A DNA stretch of 53,475 bases from Anaerolineae bacterium (GCA_034434315.1 DAOTZR010000037.1:1-53475); one strand, 5' to 3'; shown: positions 33,153 through 43,155, counted from the stretch's first letter. Translations and numbers: made by a program. The notes: generated by a model not told the origin, from the letters alone.

Positions 33153-34211
33153 TTACTCCAGTTCCCCGTAAGGGATTTCGTCATCCACGACTGATCCTAC
33201 CACCAGGGGCACGTCCTTGAGGCTGGACAGTTGGGTGCGCACGGCTTGATCAATGGCGTCCAGCACTTCGGGATGCTCCTTGAGGTATTGCTTGGCATTT
33301 TCGCGGCCCTGGGCCAGACGTTCGCCCTGGAAGTAGAAGAAAGCGCCGCGCTTTTCGATGATGCCGAGTTCCGTCGCCACATCCAGTACGTCCCCTTCGC
33401 GGCTGATGCCTTCGCCGAACATAATGTCGAATTCGGCCACGCGGAAGGGCGGGGCGACTTTGTTTTTGGTCACCCGCACCCGCGTGCGCCGTCCGGTCAC
33501 CTCACCCTGGTTCTTGATGGAGGTCACTGCCCGCACATCCAGACGAACTGAGGCGTAGAATTTCAAGGCGCGCCCCCCGGTCGTGGTTTCGGGTGAGCCA
33601 AACATGATGCCGATTTTTTCGCGCAGTTGATTGGTGAAAATCATCACCGTATTGCTCTGTTTGATGGCGCCCGAAAGCTTGCGCAGGGCCTGGCTCATCA
33701 GGCGGGCCTGTAAGCCCGCATGGGAATCCCCCATCTCGCCCTCGATTTCGGCGCGGGGCACCAGAGCTGCGACCGAGTCCACCACCACCACGTCCACAGC
33801 GCCACTACGGACCAGAGCCTCGGCAATTTCCAGCGCCTGTTCGCCGGTATCGGGCTGGGCTACAAACAGCTCCTCGATGTTCACGCCACAATGAGCGGCA
33901 TAATCGGGATCGAGGGCGTGTTCCATGTCAATAAAAGCGGCCACACCGCCGCGTTTCTGCGCCTCGGCCACGATATGCTGGCATAGGGTGGTCTTCCCCG
34001 CCCCCTCGGCGCCGTAGATTTCGATGATGCGTCCCCGCGGCACACCCCCCACCCCCAGAGCAATGTCCAGGGCCAGGGAGCCGGTCGGGATAACTTCGAC
34101 CTTCAGGTGCGTCGCCTCGCCCAGCCGCATCAAGGCGCCTTCGCCGTACCGCCGGCGAATCTGCGCCAGCGTTTGATCCAACATTTTCTTCCGAGCCTCT
34201 TCCGTCATCAT
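33153..34211 (-). CDS. recA: Recombinase RecA
   Basis: 352 aa with [29 protein letters not shown] and [10 protein letters not shown]. This is canonical RecA. Confidence 0.97.
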   Translation of the reverse strand: MMTEEARKKMLDQTLAQIRRRYGEGALMRLGEATHLKVEVIPTGSLALDIALGVGGVPRGRIIEIYGAEGAGKTTLCQHIVAEAQKRGGVAAFIDMEHALDPDYAAHCGVNIEELFVAQPDTGEQALEIAEALVRSGAVDVVVVDSVAALVPRAEIEGEMGDSHAGLQARLMSQALRKLSGAIKQSNTVMIFTNQLREKIGIMFGSPETTTGGRALKFYASVRLDVRAVTSIKNQGEVTGRRTRVRVTKNKVAPPFRVAEFDIMFGEGISREGDVLDVATELGIIEKRGAFFYFQGERLAQGRENAKQYLKEHPEVLDAIDQAVRTQLSSLKDVPLVVGSVVDDEIPYGELE

Positions 34212-34309
34212 GTCCTCCTGCCATGGTTAAGTGAACATCAAGGTCTAAAGTGAATCTATTATAGCACAAAAGTTCTAAAAATACAGGGGGGGCCAGGATG
34301 AATCCTGGG

Positions 34310-35752
34310 CTACTGTGTCCTGGCCTTTGGCGTGCGCCCGCGCCGTCTGAATGCTGCCCCGCCACGGTAGGCCGGGACATCCAGGGCGAAGACGAGGCTG
34401 TGGCGCACGTCCGCCAGGCGCGCACTCAAACGCGGATCAAGCTGCTCCAGGTCCAGGCTGGCGGTCAAAACCGTAGGCAACTGCGCCACATAGCGATAAT
34501 TCAGCAACTGATAGAGTTTTTCCTGCGCCCAGGGCGTGCTGGATTCGGCGCCCAAATCATCCAAAACCAGATAAGGCGCATTGCGGATTTCCACAAAACG
34601 TCGGTCATAAGCTACCGGACTTTGGGGACTGAAGGTGGCGCGCAGGTGATCCAGCAAGTCGGGCACGAAAATAAAGAGCACCGGCTTGCCCTGCTGGTCC
34701 CAGACATTGGCAATGGCCGCAGCGAGATGGGTTTTGCCGCTGCCGTGTTTGCCCAGGAAGGTCAACCAGCCCGTCGGCATTTCGGCATAAGAGCGGGCTA
34801 CGGTCAAGGCCCGACGCAGGTTTTCCACCTGGCTTTGAGAGAGCTCCAGCTCGCGCAACTCAAACGTATCAAACGTCATGTGAGCGTACAGGTGACGGGC
34901 ATCCAGGGCTTGCTGGCTGTTATCAACGCCAGCCTGGCGATAGTCGGGGGCGAGAATGTGAATCATCTGCACCAGTCCGATGTCGGTTAAACGCGAACGC
35001 AGGCGTGGGTCCAGCGAGTCCAGGTCGCGATTGGTCGTGATCACCGTCGGCGCCTGCGCCAGATAGCGGTGATTGAACAGTTGGAAGAGCTTTTCCAACG
35101 CCCAGGGGGTAGCGGATTCCGTGCCCAGGTCGTCTAAAATCAACACATCCGCATTGCGCACGCGGTCAAAGCGTTCATCGTAGGATGTGGCTGCATCGGG
35201 GGCATAGGCCGCCCGCAGATGATCGAGCAAATCGGGCACGGTGACAAAGATCACCTCGCGCCCCTGACGCAACAGGGCGTTGGCGATCGCCGCCGCCAGG
35301 TGCGTTTTCCCGCAACCGTACCCGCCGTGTAACAACAGCCAACCCTTCGGCTGCTGAGCAAACCTGAATGCACAGTCATAAGCCAGACGCAGACTTTTCT
35401 GCCGGGCATCCGGCGGGAGACCACGACCTTCGGGATGGAAAGTCTCGAAAGTAAAGCGTTCCAGCAAGTCCCAGCGGCTCAGGCGGCGCAGCTCATCCTG
35501 ATGCCAGGCGACCAGTTCATCCGCGCGACAGGGACAGGGATGGAGGCGCCCAAATTCAGGATGACCCAGGGGAACGTCATAGCGGAAGTAGCCCAGGCCG
35601 CCACAAATGGGGCAGTCGGGACGTCCCAGGAACGTCTCCTCCGGCTCAGCGCTTGATGATGTCGGAGAAGTCTTCCTGCGATCCGAATCTGCGGGGTGAT
35701 TGACGATGTCGGCGATGGATTTCACCTCGTCCCTCCGTGCGCCAGCGTTCAA
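34310..35752 (-). CDS. Tandem-duplicated DnaC/DnaI (IstB-like AAA+) helicase-loader protein with N-terminal zinc ribbon
   Basis: 480 aa. Zinc ribbon CPICGG...HPCPC (aa 47-75). Module 1: Walker A GGYGCGKTHLAAAIAN (aa ~143-158), Walker B VLILDDLG. Module 2: Walker A GKHGSGKTHLAAAIAN (aa ~334-349), Walker B YLVLDDLG. The 5' ~107 nt overlap the upstream gene. Confidence 0.8.
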   Translation of the reverse strand: MNAGARRDEVKSIADIVNHPADSDRRKTSPTSSSAEPEETFLGRPDCPICGGLGYFRYDVPLGHPEFGRLHPCPCRADELVAWHQDELRRLSRWDLLERFTFETFHPEGRGLPPDARQKSLRLAYDCAFRFAQQPKGWLLLHGGYGCGKTHLAAAIANALLRQGREVIFVTVPDLLDHLRAAYAPDAATSYDERFDRVRNADVLILDDLGTESATPWALEKLFQLFNHRYLAQAPTVITTNRDLDSLDPRLRSRLTDIGLVQMIHILAPDYRQAGVDNSQQALDARHLYAHMTFDTFELRELELSQSQVENLRRALTVARSYAEMPTGWLTFLGKHGSGKTHLAAAIANVWDQQGKPVLFIFVPDLLDHLRATFSPQSPVAYDRRFVEIRNAPYLVLDDLGAESSTPWAQEKLYQLLNYRYVAQLPTVLTASLDLEQLDPRLSARLADVRHSLVFALDVPAYRGGAAFRRRGRTPKARTQ

Positions 35753-36314
35753 GAATGGCCCGGATGTATTTCCAGTTGCGTTTGTTCAGGCGGGCCGCTT
35801 CGCGAAATGCTTCCTCAATCCAGGCGGCTGGATAGGTCGCTTCGGCCTCGCGCAATTCGTCGGCCAACAGAGCCGTGAGGGGGCCGATGGTCTGTTCGTA
35901 GAGTGTGAAAATGTCCGGGCGAGCCGGGACCTCGGCCCGCGACAGGGAGGCGCCCCGATGCAGGGCCGCTATGGCAGCCTGGCCGCCGGGGGTATTCAGG
36001 AAGTAACGCCTTTCGACAACCCCATCCCCCCGTACCCATTCCGCCTGCAACAGGACCCCATCCTCAACCGCGCGCGCCAGGGCCGGCAGAAGCGCCCGCC
36101 CCACCAGCCGTTGTATTTCCGCATCGGCGGCCAGTTCGTCCGCGGTGATCCAGGGGGCCGGGGTGCCGCTCAGCATGGCAAAACGGCGCAGAAGATAAAG
36201 GATAAGTTTGAGTTCGGCCAGGTCCTGAATCAGCGGCAGGACGGTGCTGAAGAAACTTTCTGGCAGGGTAACCGTAGCCTTTTCGGTTTCGGGGAAGCCC
36301 GGAAAACGCGCCAT
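35646..36314 (-). CDS. DnaD-domain replication initiation/restart protein
   Basis: The track ORF starts at 36353. Met14 (36314) sits 1 nt after the dnaB stop. The C-terminus NIFTLYEQTIGPLTALLADELREAEATYPAAWIEEAFREAARLNKRNWKYIRAILERW matches the DnaD/DnaB_2 domain pattern. Confidence 0.75.
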   Translation of the reverse strand: MARFPGFPETEKATVTLPESFFSTVLPLIQDLAELKLILYLLRRFAMLSGTPAPWITADELAADAEIQRLVGRALLPALARAVEDGVLLQAEWVRGDGVVERRYFLNTPGGQAAIAALHRGASLSRAEVPARPDIFTLYEQTIGPLTALLADELREAEATYPAAWIEEAFREAARLNKRNWKYIRAILERWRTEGRGEIHRRHRQSPRRFGSQEDFSDIIKR

Positions 36315-36315
36315 G

Positions 36316-37677
36316 CTACCCCTCACTGCCAGGGAAAGGCCGCGCCGCCGCATCCCGGAATTCCGTCAGACGCCGGTTGAAGTACAGCGTCACCGTATCC
36401 GTAGGGCCGCTGCGGTGCTTGGCCACGATAATTTCCGCCAGATTGGCGCGTTCCGGCGGCAGCGCTTCACTGCCGGCGGGATCCTCGCGGTAGATGAACA
36501 TGACCACATCGGCATCCTGCTCCAGGCTACCGCTTTCCCGCAGGTCAGACAGGACCGGGCGCTTATCAGCGCGCTGCTCCACCGCGCGCGAAAGCTGCGA
36601 GGCGGCAATGACGGGCACGTCCAGCTCGCGGGCCAACGCCTTCAACATGCGCGAAATGTACGAAACTTCCTGCACGCGGTTTTCCGTGCGCAGGTCGGCA
36701 CTCATGAGCTGCAGATAGTCCACAATCACCAGGTCCAACCCCCGCTCGGATTGGAGACGGCGGCATTTGGTGCGGAGCTGAAGCGGGGAGATGGCCGGCG
36801 TGTCATCAATGTAAATGGGCAATTCCGCAAGGCGCGCAATAGCTTCGGAAAACACGCCCCATTCGTCATCTTCGATTTCGCCCAGGCGCAGACGGTGCGC
36901 ATCAATGCGACTGTAGGCCGAAACCATACGCTGGACAATCTGCTCGGCGGACATTTCCAGGCTGAAGATGCCCACCGTGCGCCGACGCTCCGCCGCCCGC
37001 AGGGCAAAGGCAAGCATGAGCGAGGTTTTACCTACACCGGGACGCGCAGCCAGAATCACCAGATCGGACTTCTGGAAACCACCCAGGACCTTATCCAGGT
37101 CAACAAAGCCGCTGGGGACCCCCATCGGCTCACCGCGATGGCTATAGAGATAGTCCACCCGATCGAAATAGTGATGGACCACCTCCTGGATGGGCTGCAG
37201 GTCGCGCGTGATGCGCTTTTCGGAGACGCCAAAAACAGCCTGCTCGGCGCGGTCCACCACCAGCTCGATGGGCAGGTCTTCCTGATAGGCCAGACGGGCG
37301 ATATTACTGGCCGCTTCCAGCAACCGCCGCCGCACCGCCGCCTGCTCCACGATGCGCCCGTAGCTTTCCACGTTGATGGCCGAGGGCACGGCGTTGACCA
37401 GTTGGGCCAGATAGGCCGGCCCTCCTGCTGCGGCCAATTGTCCGCGCTGACTCAGCTCCGTCGTCAAGGTCAGCAAATCCAGCGGCTCGCGGCGCTCATG
37501 CAGGGCCACAATCGCGGCGTAAATCTTCTGGTGCTTATCCAGATAGAAGTCCTCGGCGCGCAAAAAGGGGAGCACACGGTAAATCGCCTCGGCGTCAATC
37601 AACAAAGCACCCAGTACGGCTGCCTCGGCCTCTATATTTTGAGGTACACTCTTTTCGATATCGGTATCCGGGTTCAT
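36316..37677 (-). CDS. dnaB: Replicative DNA helicase DnaB
   Basis: 453 aa with N-terminal PQNIEAEAAVLGALL, Walker A ARPGVGKTSL and YIDDTP. No intein is evident. Confidence 0.95.
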   Translation of the reverse strand: MNPDTDIEKSVPQNIEAEAAVLGALLIDAEAIYRVLPFLRAEDFYLDKHQKIYAAIVALHERREPLDLLTLTTELSQRGQLAAAGGPAYLAQLVNAVPSAINVESYGRIVEQAAVRRRLLEAASNIARLAYQEDLPIELVVDRAEQAVFGVSEKRITRDLQPIQEVVHHYFDRVDYLYSHRGEPMGVPSGFVDLDKVLGGFQKSDLVILAARPGVGKTSLMLAFALRAAERRRTVGIFSLEMSAEQIVQRMVSAYSRIDAHRLRLGEIEDDEWGVFSEAIARLAELPIYIDDTPAISPLQLRTKCRRLQSERGLDLVIVDYLQLMSADLRTENRVQEVSYISRMLKALARELDVPVIAASQLSRAVEQRADKRPVLSDLRESGSLEQDADVVMFIYREDPAGSEALPPERANLAEIIVAKHRSGPTDTVTLYFNRRLTEFRDAAARPFPGSEG

Positions 37678-37683
37678 GCCAGC

Positions 37684-38205
37684 TCAGTCGCTAGGGGCCA
37701 GTTTATCCAGGTCAAGCGTGCTCAAAAAATCGCGGTAGACATCCAGGTCTTCGCCTTCCGCTCCGGCTTCCAGCACCGGAGGAACTGGCAGAGTGTGGAC
37801 CGCCGGCTCTTCGACGATACCGGCCAGCTCCATCACCGTTTCTGCCACGTAAATCGGCACACCGGCCCGCACGGCCAGGGCCATCGCATCACTGGGCCGG
37901 GCATCCAGGCTCAGGCGTCCTTTAGGAGTGACCAGGTTCAACCGCGCAAAAAAGGTGTCATCGCGCAATTCGGTAACTTCCACGGACTCCAGCTGCACGC
38001 CCAGCTCGCGTAAAATGTTGATCATAAGGTCGTGCGTCAGCGGACGAGGCATCTCAATCCCCTGCAGATGCATGGCGATAGCCTCGGCCTCAAAGGCACC
38101 AATCCAGATGGGCAGGAAGCGCGGCGAAACCTTCTCCCGCAAAAGCACCACACGTGGCGGACCAATCAGGCTGACCAGCACAGCGTGGATTTCGACTTCA
38201 ATCAT
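37684..38205 (-). CDS. Bifunctional nuclease (BFN/DUF151) family protein
   Basis: 173 aa with PRVVLLREKVSPRFLPIWIGAFEAEAIAMHLQG...RPLTHDLM...ARPSDAMALAVRAGVPIYV, typical of DUF151. Confidence 0.75.
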   Translation of the reverse strand: MIEVEIHAVLVSLIGPPRVVLLREKVSPRFLPIWIGAFEAEAIAMHLQGIEMPRPLTHDLMINILRELGVQLESVEVTELRDDTFFARLNLVTPKGRLSLDARPSDAMALAVRAGVPIYVAETVMELAGIVEEPAVHTLPVPPVLEAGAEGEDLDVYRDFLSTLDLDKLAPSD

Positions 38206-38236
38206 GTTTTCCCCCTGCTTCTCGAAGCTGTGACTT

Positions 38237-40162
38237 TTATTGTACTACATTTCTGGTGGAGCATAACCAGGTCAGGGCCACCCCCAGGCCCATCAGGGTC
38301 AGGCTCTGCAGGGCGAGGAGGATGCCGTCGCTCAAGGCCAGGCGGATCTGTTGGGCGATAGCGCCTGGCCGCAGCGGGGTCAAGGCGAACAGCTCCGCCG
38401 CGCCATTGAGAGACGCGCCGTCCACATGGGCCTCCAGGTCCTTGCCGACGGCCATCCGCAACGTAAGTGTCCCCGCCCCTTGCGGGCGCAGGCGCACGTA
38501 AAGCGGGGCCGACTCCGGCCACGAAAACTGCTCAAGCAGACCGTAAACGTGCACACCATCCAGCAGTTCCTGCGTCGAACGGGTCAGGCAGGTCAGGGGG
38601 GTGCCGTCCAACGTCGGGAGCAGGCAAACTTCAACGCTCATCGGCGTTACCGGCGGCATCAGGCGCAGGCGCACCCCGGTCACCTGCGTAGCCCCGTCCA
38701 GGGGCAAACGTTGCGTAAGGGTTTGCCCGGCCTGCAGAGTCAGCTTATCCCAGTACTGACCCGTAAAGGCCACCACATTCAAAGAACGCGCCAGCCCAAC
38801 ATTGATCGCCAGCATCAATGCCAGAGTCGTGGCGGGGATGAACAGCCAGAGCGGAGGGCGCTCGGCGGCGCCCTCCGTCGAAGCCGACGGACCAGCGTAG
38901 AGCAGCCAGACCGCAGCGCCCAGCACAAGCAATAAAGCCGCCAGGCTCAAACTATCCACCAGGGGCAAACCCACCGCCTGCGCCAGGCGATAGATATCGG
39001 GGTGGGTCAACGCCAGGGCTGTGGGCAGGTTGACGGGGTAACTGGCCGGCACGACGTTCTTCAAAAGGCCAGCGCCAAAATCGGCGTGAAGCCAGGGGAG
39101 GCGCGCCGCCCAGGCCAGTTGCCAGGCGCCCCAGGCCCAGAGCGTCCAGGGTTTCCAGACCGTCAGGGCAATCACAAAGGGCATCAACCAGATAACCCAA
39201 TAAAAAGCTAAGTTGATCCACACGAAAAACAGGCCCAGCACCAGCGCCGATACAGCCCAGGCCTGTTCGGGACGCCGGGGAGCTGGAACCAGAAGCGGAT
39301 AAGCCAGCACCAGCAACCAGGCCACCAGGAACGGCGAAACCCGCGTCGCGCCCAAGACCTGCACATCAAACACATGCGAGCCTTCCGGGCTGAACAACAC
39401 GCCTTGCTGAAAAGCCGGGGTGCGCACAAACGGGAGCACCACCAGGGTCAGGGGAATCAATCCCAGGGCCAACCAAAGCGCGCGCCGGCTCCAGCGTGAT
39501 TCGCCCCACAGAATCAGAGGCGGGAGCAGAAAGAGGGGATAGAGCTTAAAGCTGCTGCCAAGCCCCAGGGAGAAAGCGGCGCCGGCCATCCAGCGGGAGG
39601 CGCGCTGCGGATGGACCACCGCCTGCGCGGCCGCATACGTCCCCAGCACGCTCAGGGCTGTGGCATACACATCATTTTGTCCCATGATAAAAGGGGTGTA
39701 GAACGCCAGCGGCGACCAGGCCCACAGAGCCAGGGCGCACTTGCCGCCCAGCCGGTAAAGGAGGAAGGCAATCAGCGCATCCCAGGGCAGATAGGCCAGC
39801 TTAGCCAGAAACAGGTAACGTGCCACGTGTGGCACGCCCCAGACCTGATCCCAACTGGCCAGGTGAATCAGGTGCAGGCGATCCAACAGGGTCAGCCAGC
39901 CGGCAGTGTAGAGGTAAAAGCCATACGGATAAGGCGCCCAGACAAAAGGCCCCTGGACCACGCCCGGCCCAAACGTGTCATAGAGGTAGGCGTACAGATT
40001 CCAGTGCCCCAGGGCCAGGTAGTGGGTCATCCAGGGCATGAACAGCGCGTCGTGCTGCGCGCTGAACGGCTGCAGCAGAATCCGCAATCCATAGCCTGCC
40101 AGGACGAGCCAGAACCAGGGCGAGGACCAGACCGGACGCCAGGATGCCAGCCGGTGCTTCAT
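38237..40162 (-). CDS. Polytopic membrane protein, GT-C-like (DUF2029/ArnT-type glycosyltransferase-like) N-terminal part with a large C-terminal soluble domain
   Basis: 641 aa with more than 10 hydrophobic helices over the first ~450 aa and a non-membrane C-terminal ~180 aa. The family assignment is tentative. Confidence 0.4.
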   Translation of the reverse strand: MKHRLASWRPVWSSPWFWLVLAGYGLRILLQPFSAQHDALFMPWMTHYLALGHWNLYAYLYDTFGPGVVQGPFVWAPYPYGFYLYTAGWLTLLDRLHLIHLASWDQVWGVPHVARYLFLAKLAYLPWDALIAFLLYRLGGKCALALWAWSPLAFYTPFIMGQNDVYATALSVLGTYAAAQAVVHPQRASRWMAGAAFSLGLGSSFKLYPLFLLPPLILWGESRWSRRALWLALGLIPLTLVVLPFVRTPAFQQGVLFSPEGSHVFDVQVLGATRVSPFLVAWLLVLAYPLLVPAPRRPEQAWAVSALVLGLFFVWINLAFYWVIWLMPFVIALTVWKPWTLWAWGAWQLAWAARLPWLHADFGAGLLKNVVPASYPVNLPTALALTHPDIYRLAQAVGLPLVDSLSLAALLLVLGAAVWLLYAGPSASTEGAAERPPLWLFIPATTLALMLAINVGLARSLNVVAFTGQYWDKLTLQAGQTLTQRLPLDGATQVTGVRLRLMPPVTPMSVEVCLLPTLDGTPLTCLTRSTQELLDGVHVYGLLEQFSWPESAPLYVRLRPQGAGTLTLRMAVGKDLEAHVDGASLNGAAELFALTPLRPGAIAQQIRLALSDGILLALQSLTLMGLGVALTWLCSTRNVVQ

Positions 40163-40992
40163 GGCATCGCGTCCTCTTCATGCTCCGGCGCCTCGGAAGT
40201 CTGAAGCTCTGGAGACAGGCCAGCTACCATAGCGCGGGCAAAGATGAGGTAGCCGGTGTGCGCCACCATCTGATCTTGCGGGCGGAGCCGCTCGGCCACA
40301 GGTTTGTAGGCGCGCAACAAGATTTCTTCCACCTCAATAAAGCCAAAGTGGGCCTTTTGCAAAGCGGCCAGTAACGCGCTCACCTGATTGGTGGTGGGCA
40401 CCAGGGCGCCGAAAAAGCCCCCACCCTTGAGTGCCGCGTGAGCCTGGTCCAGGTAAAGCCAGGGTTCGCGCACGTCCAGGAAGAGCGCGTCCACATTGCG
40501 CTCATCAAAACCGGCGGCGATGTCGCGCAGTTTGAAGGTCACGTATTTATCCCAGCCCAGGCGCTCCAGATTTTTGCGAGCGACGGCCTGCATACTTTCG
40601 CGCGCCTCGTAGGTGTAGACGTGGCCATGGGGTTGCACCATGCGCGCCAGGGCCAGGGTCAAGCCGCCGCTCCCCGTCCCCGCTTCCACCACAACGCTGC
40701 CCGGCCCGATGTTGAGCTTGAGCAACATGTAGCCGATATCCTTGGGGTAGACGATTTGTGTGGTGCGCCGGACTGAGCGGATGAGCTTATCCAGAGAAGG
40801 CTCAAGCAACAGCACTGGATGTCCCAGATGGGTCGTGACCGTGCTACCCCAGGCCTGTCCCACCAGCGCCTGATGTTCAATCATACCCAGGTGCGTTTCC
40901 AGTCGGTTGCCAGGTGTGACACGCACCAGGAATTCGTGGCGGGCGCTTTCTACCACCAGGACGATGTCCCCAGCTTGAATGGTTCCTGTCAT
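40159..40992 (-). CDS. trmI: tRNA (adenine58-N1)-methyltransferase TrmI/GCD14 family
   Basis: The track ORF starts at 41181. Met64 (40992) follows GAGGAGGAT and gives ~278 aa. SAM-binding motif VVEAGTGSGGLTLALA. 4-nt overlap with the downstream gene. Confidence 0.8.
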   Translation of the reverse strand: MTGTIQAGDIVLVVESARHEFLVRVTPGNRLETHLGMIEHQALVGQAWGSTVTTHLGHPVLLLEPSLDKLIRSVRRTTQIVYPKDIGYMLLKLNIGPGSVVVEAGTGSGGLTLALARMVQPHGHVYTYEARESMQAVARKNLERLGWDKYVTFKLRDIAAGFDERNVDALFLDVREPWLYLDQAHAALKGGGFFGALVPTTNQVSALLAALQKAHFGFIEVEEILLRAYKPVAERLRPQDQMVAHTGYLIFARAMVAGLSPELQTSEAPEHEEDAMP

Positions 40993-41166
40993 ATCCTCCT
41001 CTTCGTTCCTTTCTCTCCGGCCAGTTGTCGGGATATAAGTTCTGGCTATGTAACCGCCTGAACACACGGTAGCCCCAGATGAAAGCGAAAAATGATCCGG
41101 CGATTTTGATTTCAGGCTGAAGTGATTATAATCGGTATAGGTTTCAGGGACAAATGGGAGGATGGG

Positions 41167-41508
41167 ATGGCTGAAAAACAAATCAATCGGATGATCATCG
41201 CCATTGTGGATGGCTCACAAGCGCGCGATCTCCTGGCCGCGCTCAACGCGGAGGATTTTCATGCCACCGTCGTCAATTCCACCGGCGGCCTGCTGCACGA
41301 AGCCCTGGTGACCTTACTGGTCGGCTTGCCTCAGGAGCAGGTGCCGCGCTTCCTCGAACTGACCCGCCTCTATTGTCCCAGCCGCGTCTACTATGTCCCG
41401 ATGGGCGTGGATCCTTCGATCATACCCGGCTATCCGTCTATGATTGAAGCCCGCCAGGGCGGAGCCACCATTTTCATCGTAGAAGTCGAACGTTTTGTCC
41501 AATTGTGA
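41167..41508 (+). CDS. PII-like cyclic-di-AMP receptor family protein (DarA/PstA, DUF970), long paralog
   Basis: 113 aa. MIIAIVDGSQARDLLAALNAEDFHATVVNSTGGLL...GGATIFIVEVERFVQL parallels B. subtilis DarA (YaaQ) as I recall it: N-terminal beta-alpha-beta, the TGG motif and the C-terminal GGATVFV...F end. Confidence 0.65.
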   Translation: MAEKQINRMIIAIVDGSQARDLLAALNAEDFHATVVNSTGGLLHEALVTLLVGLPQEQVPRFLELTRLYCPSRVYYVPMGVDPSIIPGYPSMIEARQGGATIFIVEVERFVQL

Positions 41509-41516
41509 GGAAAGCC

Positions 41517-41783
41517 ATGAAACTGGTCATTGCCATTGTCAAAGATTCGGATGCTTTGAAAGTCATTGATGCCCTGATCGAGCACCAGATTCGGGTGACC
41601 CGCATCGCCAGCACCGGCGGGTTCTGGCGGCGCGGCAACGTCACGTTGTTGATCGGGGTACTGGCGGAACAGGTGGACGAGGTGTTGAGCCTCATCGAGC
41701 ACAACTGCGCCGCACCGCAGGAAGGGGAACACAAGGCCACCGTGTTTGTCGTCCCTGCCGAAAATTTCGCCCAGGTTGGCTAG
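41517..41783 (+). CDS. PII-like cyclic-di-AMP receptor family protein (DarA-like), short paralog
   Basis: 88 aa. MKLVIAIVKDSDALKVIDALIEHQIRVTRIASTGGFWRRGNVTLLIGV...ATVFVVPAENF has the same fold signature, but the long loop before the last strand is shortened. Confidence 0.65.
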   Translation: MKLVIAIVKDSDALKVIDALIEHQIRVTRIASTGGFWRRGNVTLLIGVLAEQVDEVLSLIEHNCAAPQEGEHKATVFVVPAENFAQVG

Positions 41784-41796
41784 GACCCGTAACGCT

Positions 41797-43155
41797 ATGG
41801 CCCGACCGGCTTTGCTGCGCCGCTTTTCCCTGCGCCAGCTCCTCTCCGTTGAGGCGTGGAACATGCAAGTCACGGCTGCGACGCGCCGTTCCCTGCGCTG
41901 GTTCATCGCCGATGGGATTGGGGCCACTATCAGCGATACAATCCTGATGACGTACCAGTCCCTTTACTTGATGGCTCTGGGCGCGCGTCGCGCCCAGATC
42001 GGGACGTTGGGGGCGTTTTCCAACTTGATGCTGGCTGTGGCCATGCTGCCGGCAGCCCTGTTAGCGCAGCGCGGCACCGACTACAAAAACAAGGTGGTCA
42101 TTCCGGCCCTGTTGGGACGGCTGTTCATCCTCCCGCTCATTTTCCTGCCCTTTATCTCTACGCGCTGGTCTCTGATTGAGCTGGGCATAGCCCTTATCAT
42201 CCTCCGCGTTTTCCTGATGAATCTGATCCAGCCCGCCTGGACGGCCCTGGTAGCGCTCATCGTGCCGGCGCAATGGCGCGGGCGCTATTTCAGCACGCGC
42301 AATATTCTGATGGGCCTGGCCGGAGTGTTGACCCTGACGGGTGTAGGCCGGCTGATTGACGCTATCGGCAAGCCCCAGGGGTTTCAGGTGGCCCTGGGGC
42401 TTTCGTTGGTGGCCGGATTGGGCGCCGCTTACGCCTTTTCGCGCATTGAGGAACCGCCCCATCCCTCCGCCGCTCCGAGCCGGCAGGCGCGGCGAGTTTT
42501 CTGGGCAACGTTGTTCCGCGATTGGCGCTTCTGGGCGCTCACCGGCACGGCGATGTTGTGGCAATTTTCGGTGCAGATTGGCGGCCCCTTCTTCACGATT
42601 TTCCTGATGGATGGCGCGGGTTTCTCCGCTACCGCAGTAGGGGCAATCAGCGCCGCCGGCAGCTTGATGGCGATCCCCGGTCAACGCCTGTTCGGCTGGT
42701 TGACGGATACACGCGGATCGGTCAAAGTCCAACAAGTGCTGAGTTTCATCATACCCGTGATCCCGTTAGTCTGGGGCTTCATGCGGCAGCCCTGGCATGG
42801 CCTTATCATTGAGTCCTTAAGCGGCTTCCTCTGGGCCGGGTACAATCTGGCCGCGTTCAATCTGCTGTTGGAAATGACGCCCGACGAGCATCGTCCCTCG
42901 TATGTAGCCGTGTACCAGACCGCCCTGGGCCTGGGAATGGCCGGGGGAGCGGCCTTGGGCGGCTGGATCGCGCAGCGCTACGGTTATCTGCCGGTCTTCC
43001 TGGCCTCTGCCGGTGGACGCTGGTTCACAGCGACACTGTTCAGTCTCACGGTAGCGCACGCCATCCGGCCGCGGCTGCGCCTGCCCCGTCTAACGTTCCC
43101 CCGTCGGCCCCGACGTAAGACGGCGCGGACATCATCCAAACCCAAGGAGGAATGA
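41797..43155 (+). CDS. MFS transporter
   Basis: ~452 aa from ATG 41797 (MARPALLRRFSLRQLL), with about 12 TM helices and a basic C-terminal tail. Confidence 0.75.
   Translation: MARPALLRRFSLRQLLSVEAWNMQVTAATRRSLRWFIADGIGATISDTILMTYQSLYLMALGARRAQIGTLGAFSNLMLAVAMLPAALLAQRGTDYKNKVVIPALLGRLFILPLIFLPFISTRWSLIELGIALIILRVFLMNLIQPAWTALVALIVPAQWRGRYFSTRNILMGLAGVLTLTGVGRLIDAIGKPQGFQVALGLSLVAGLGAAYAFSRIEEPPHPSAAPSRQARRVFWATLFRDWRFWALTGTAMLWQFSVQIGGPFFTIFLMDGAGFSATAVGAISAAGSLMAIPGQRLFGWLTDTRGSVKVQQVLSFIIPVIPLVWGFMRQPWHGLIIESLSGFLWAGYNLAAFNLLLEMTPDEHRPSYVAVYQTALGLGMAGGAALGGWIAQRYGYLPVFLASAGGRWFTATLFSLTVAHAIRPRLRLPRLTFPRRPRRKTARTSSKPKEE

Noticed and set aside
36244-38013. 589-aa ORF on the + strand
   Set aside because: It is antisense to dnaB and the BFN nuclease gene. 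The composition is low-complexity and Arg/Gly/Gln-rich, typical of shadow ORFs.
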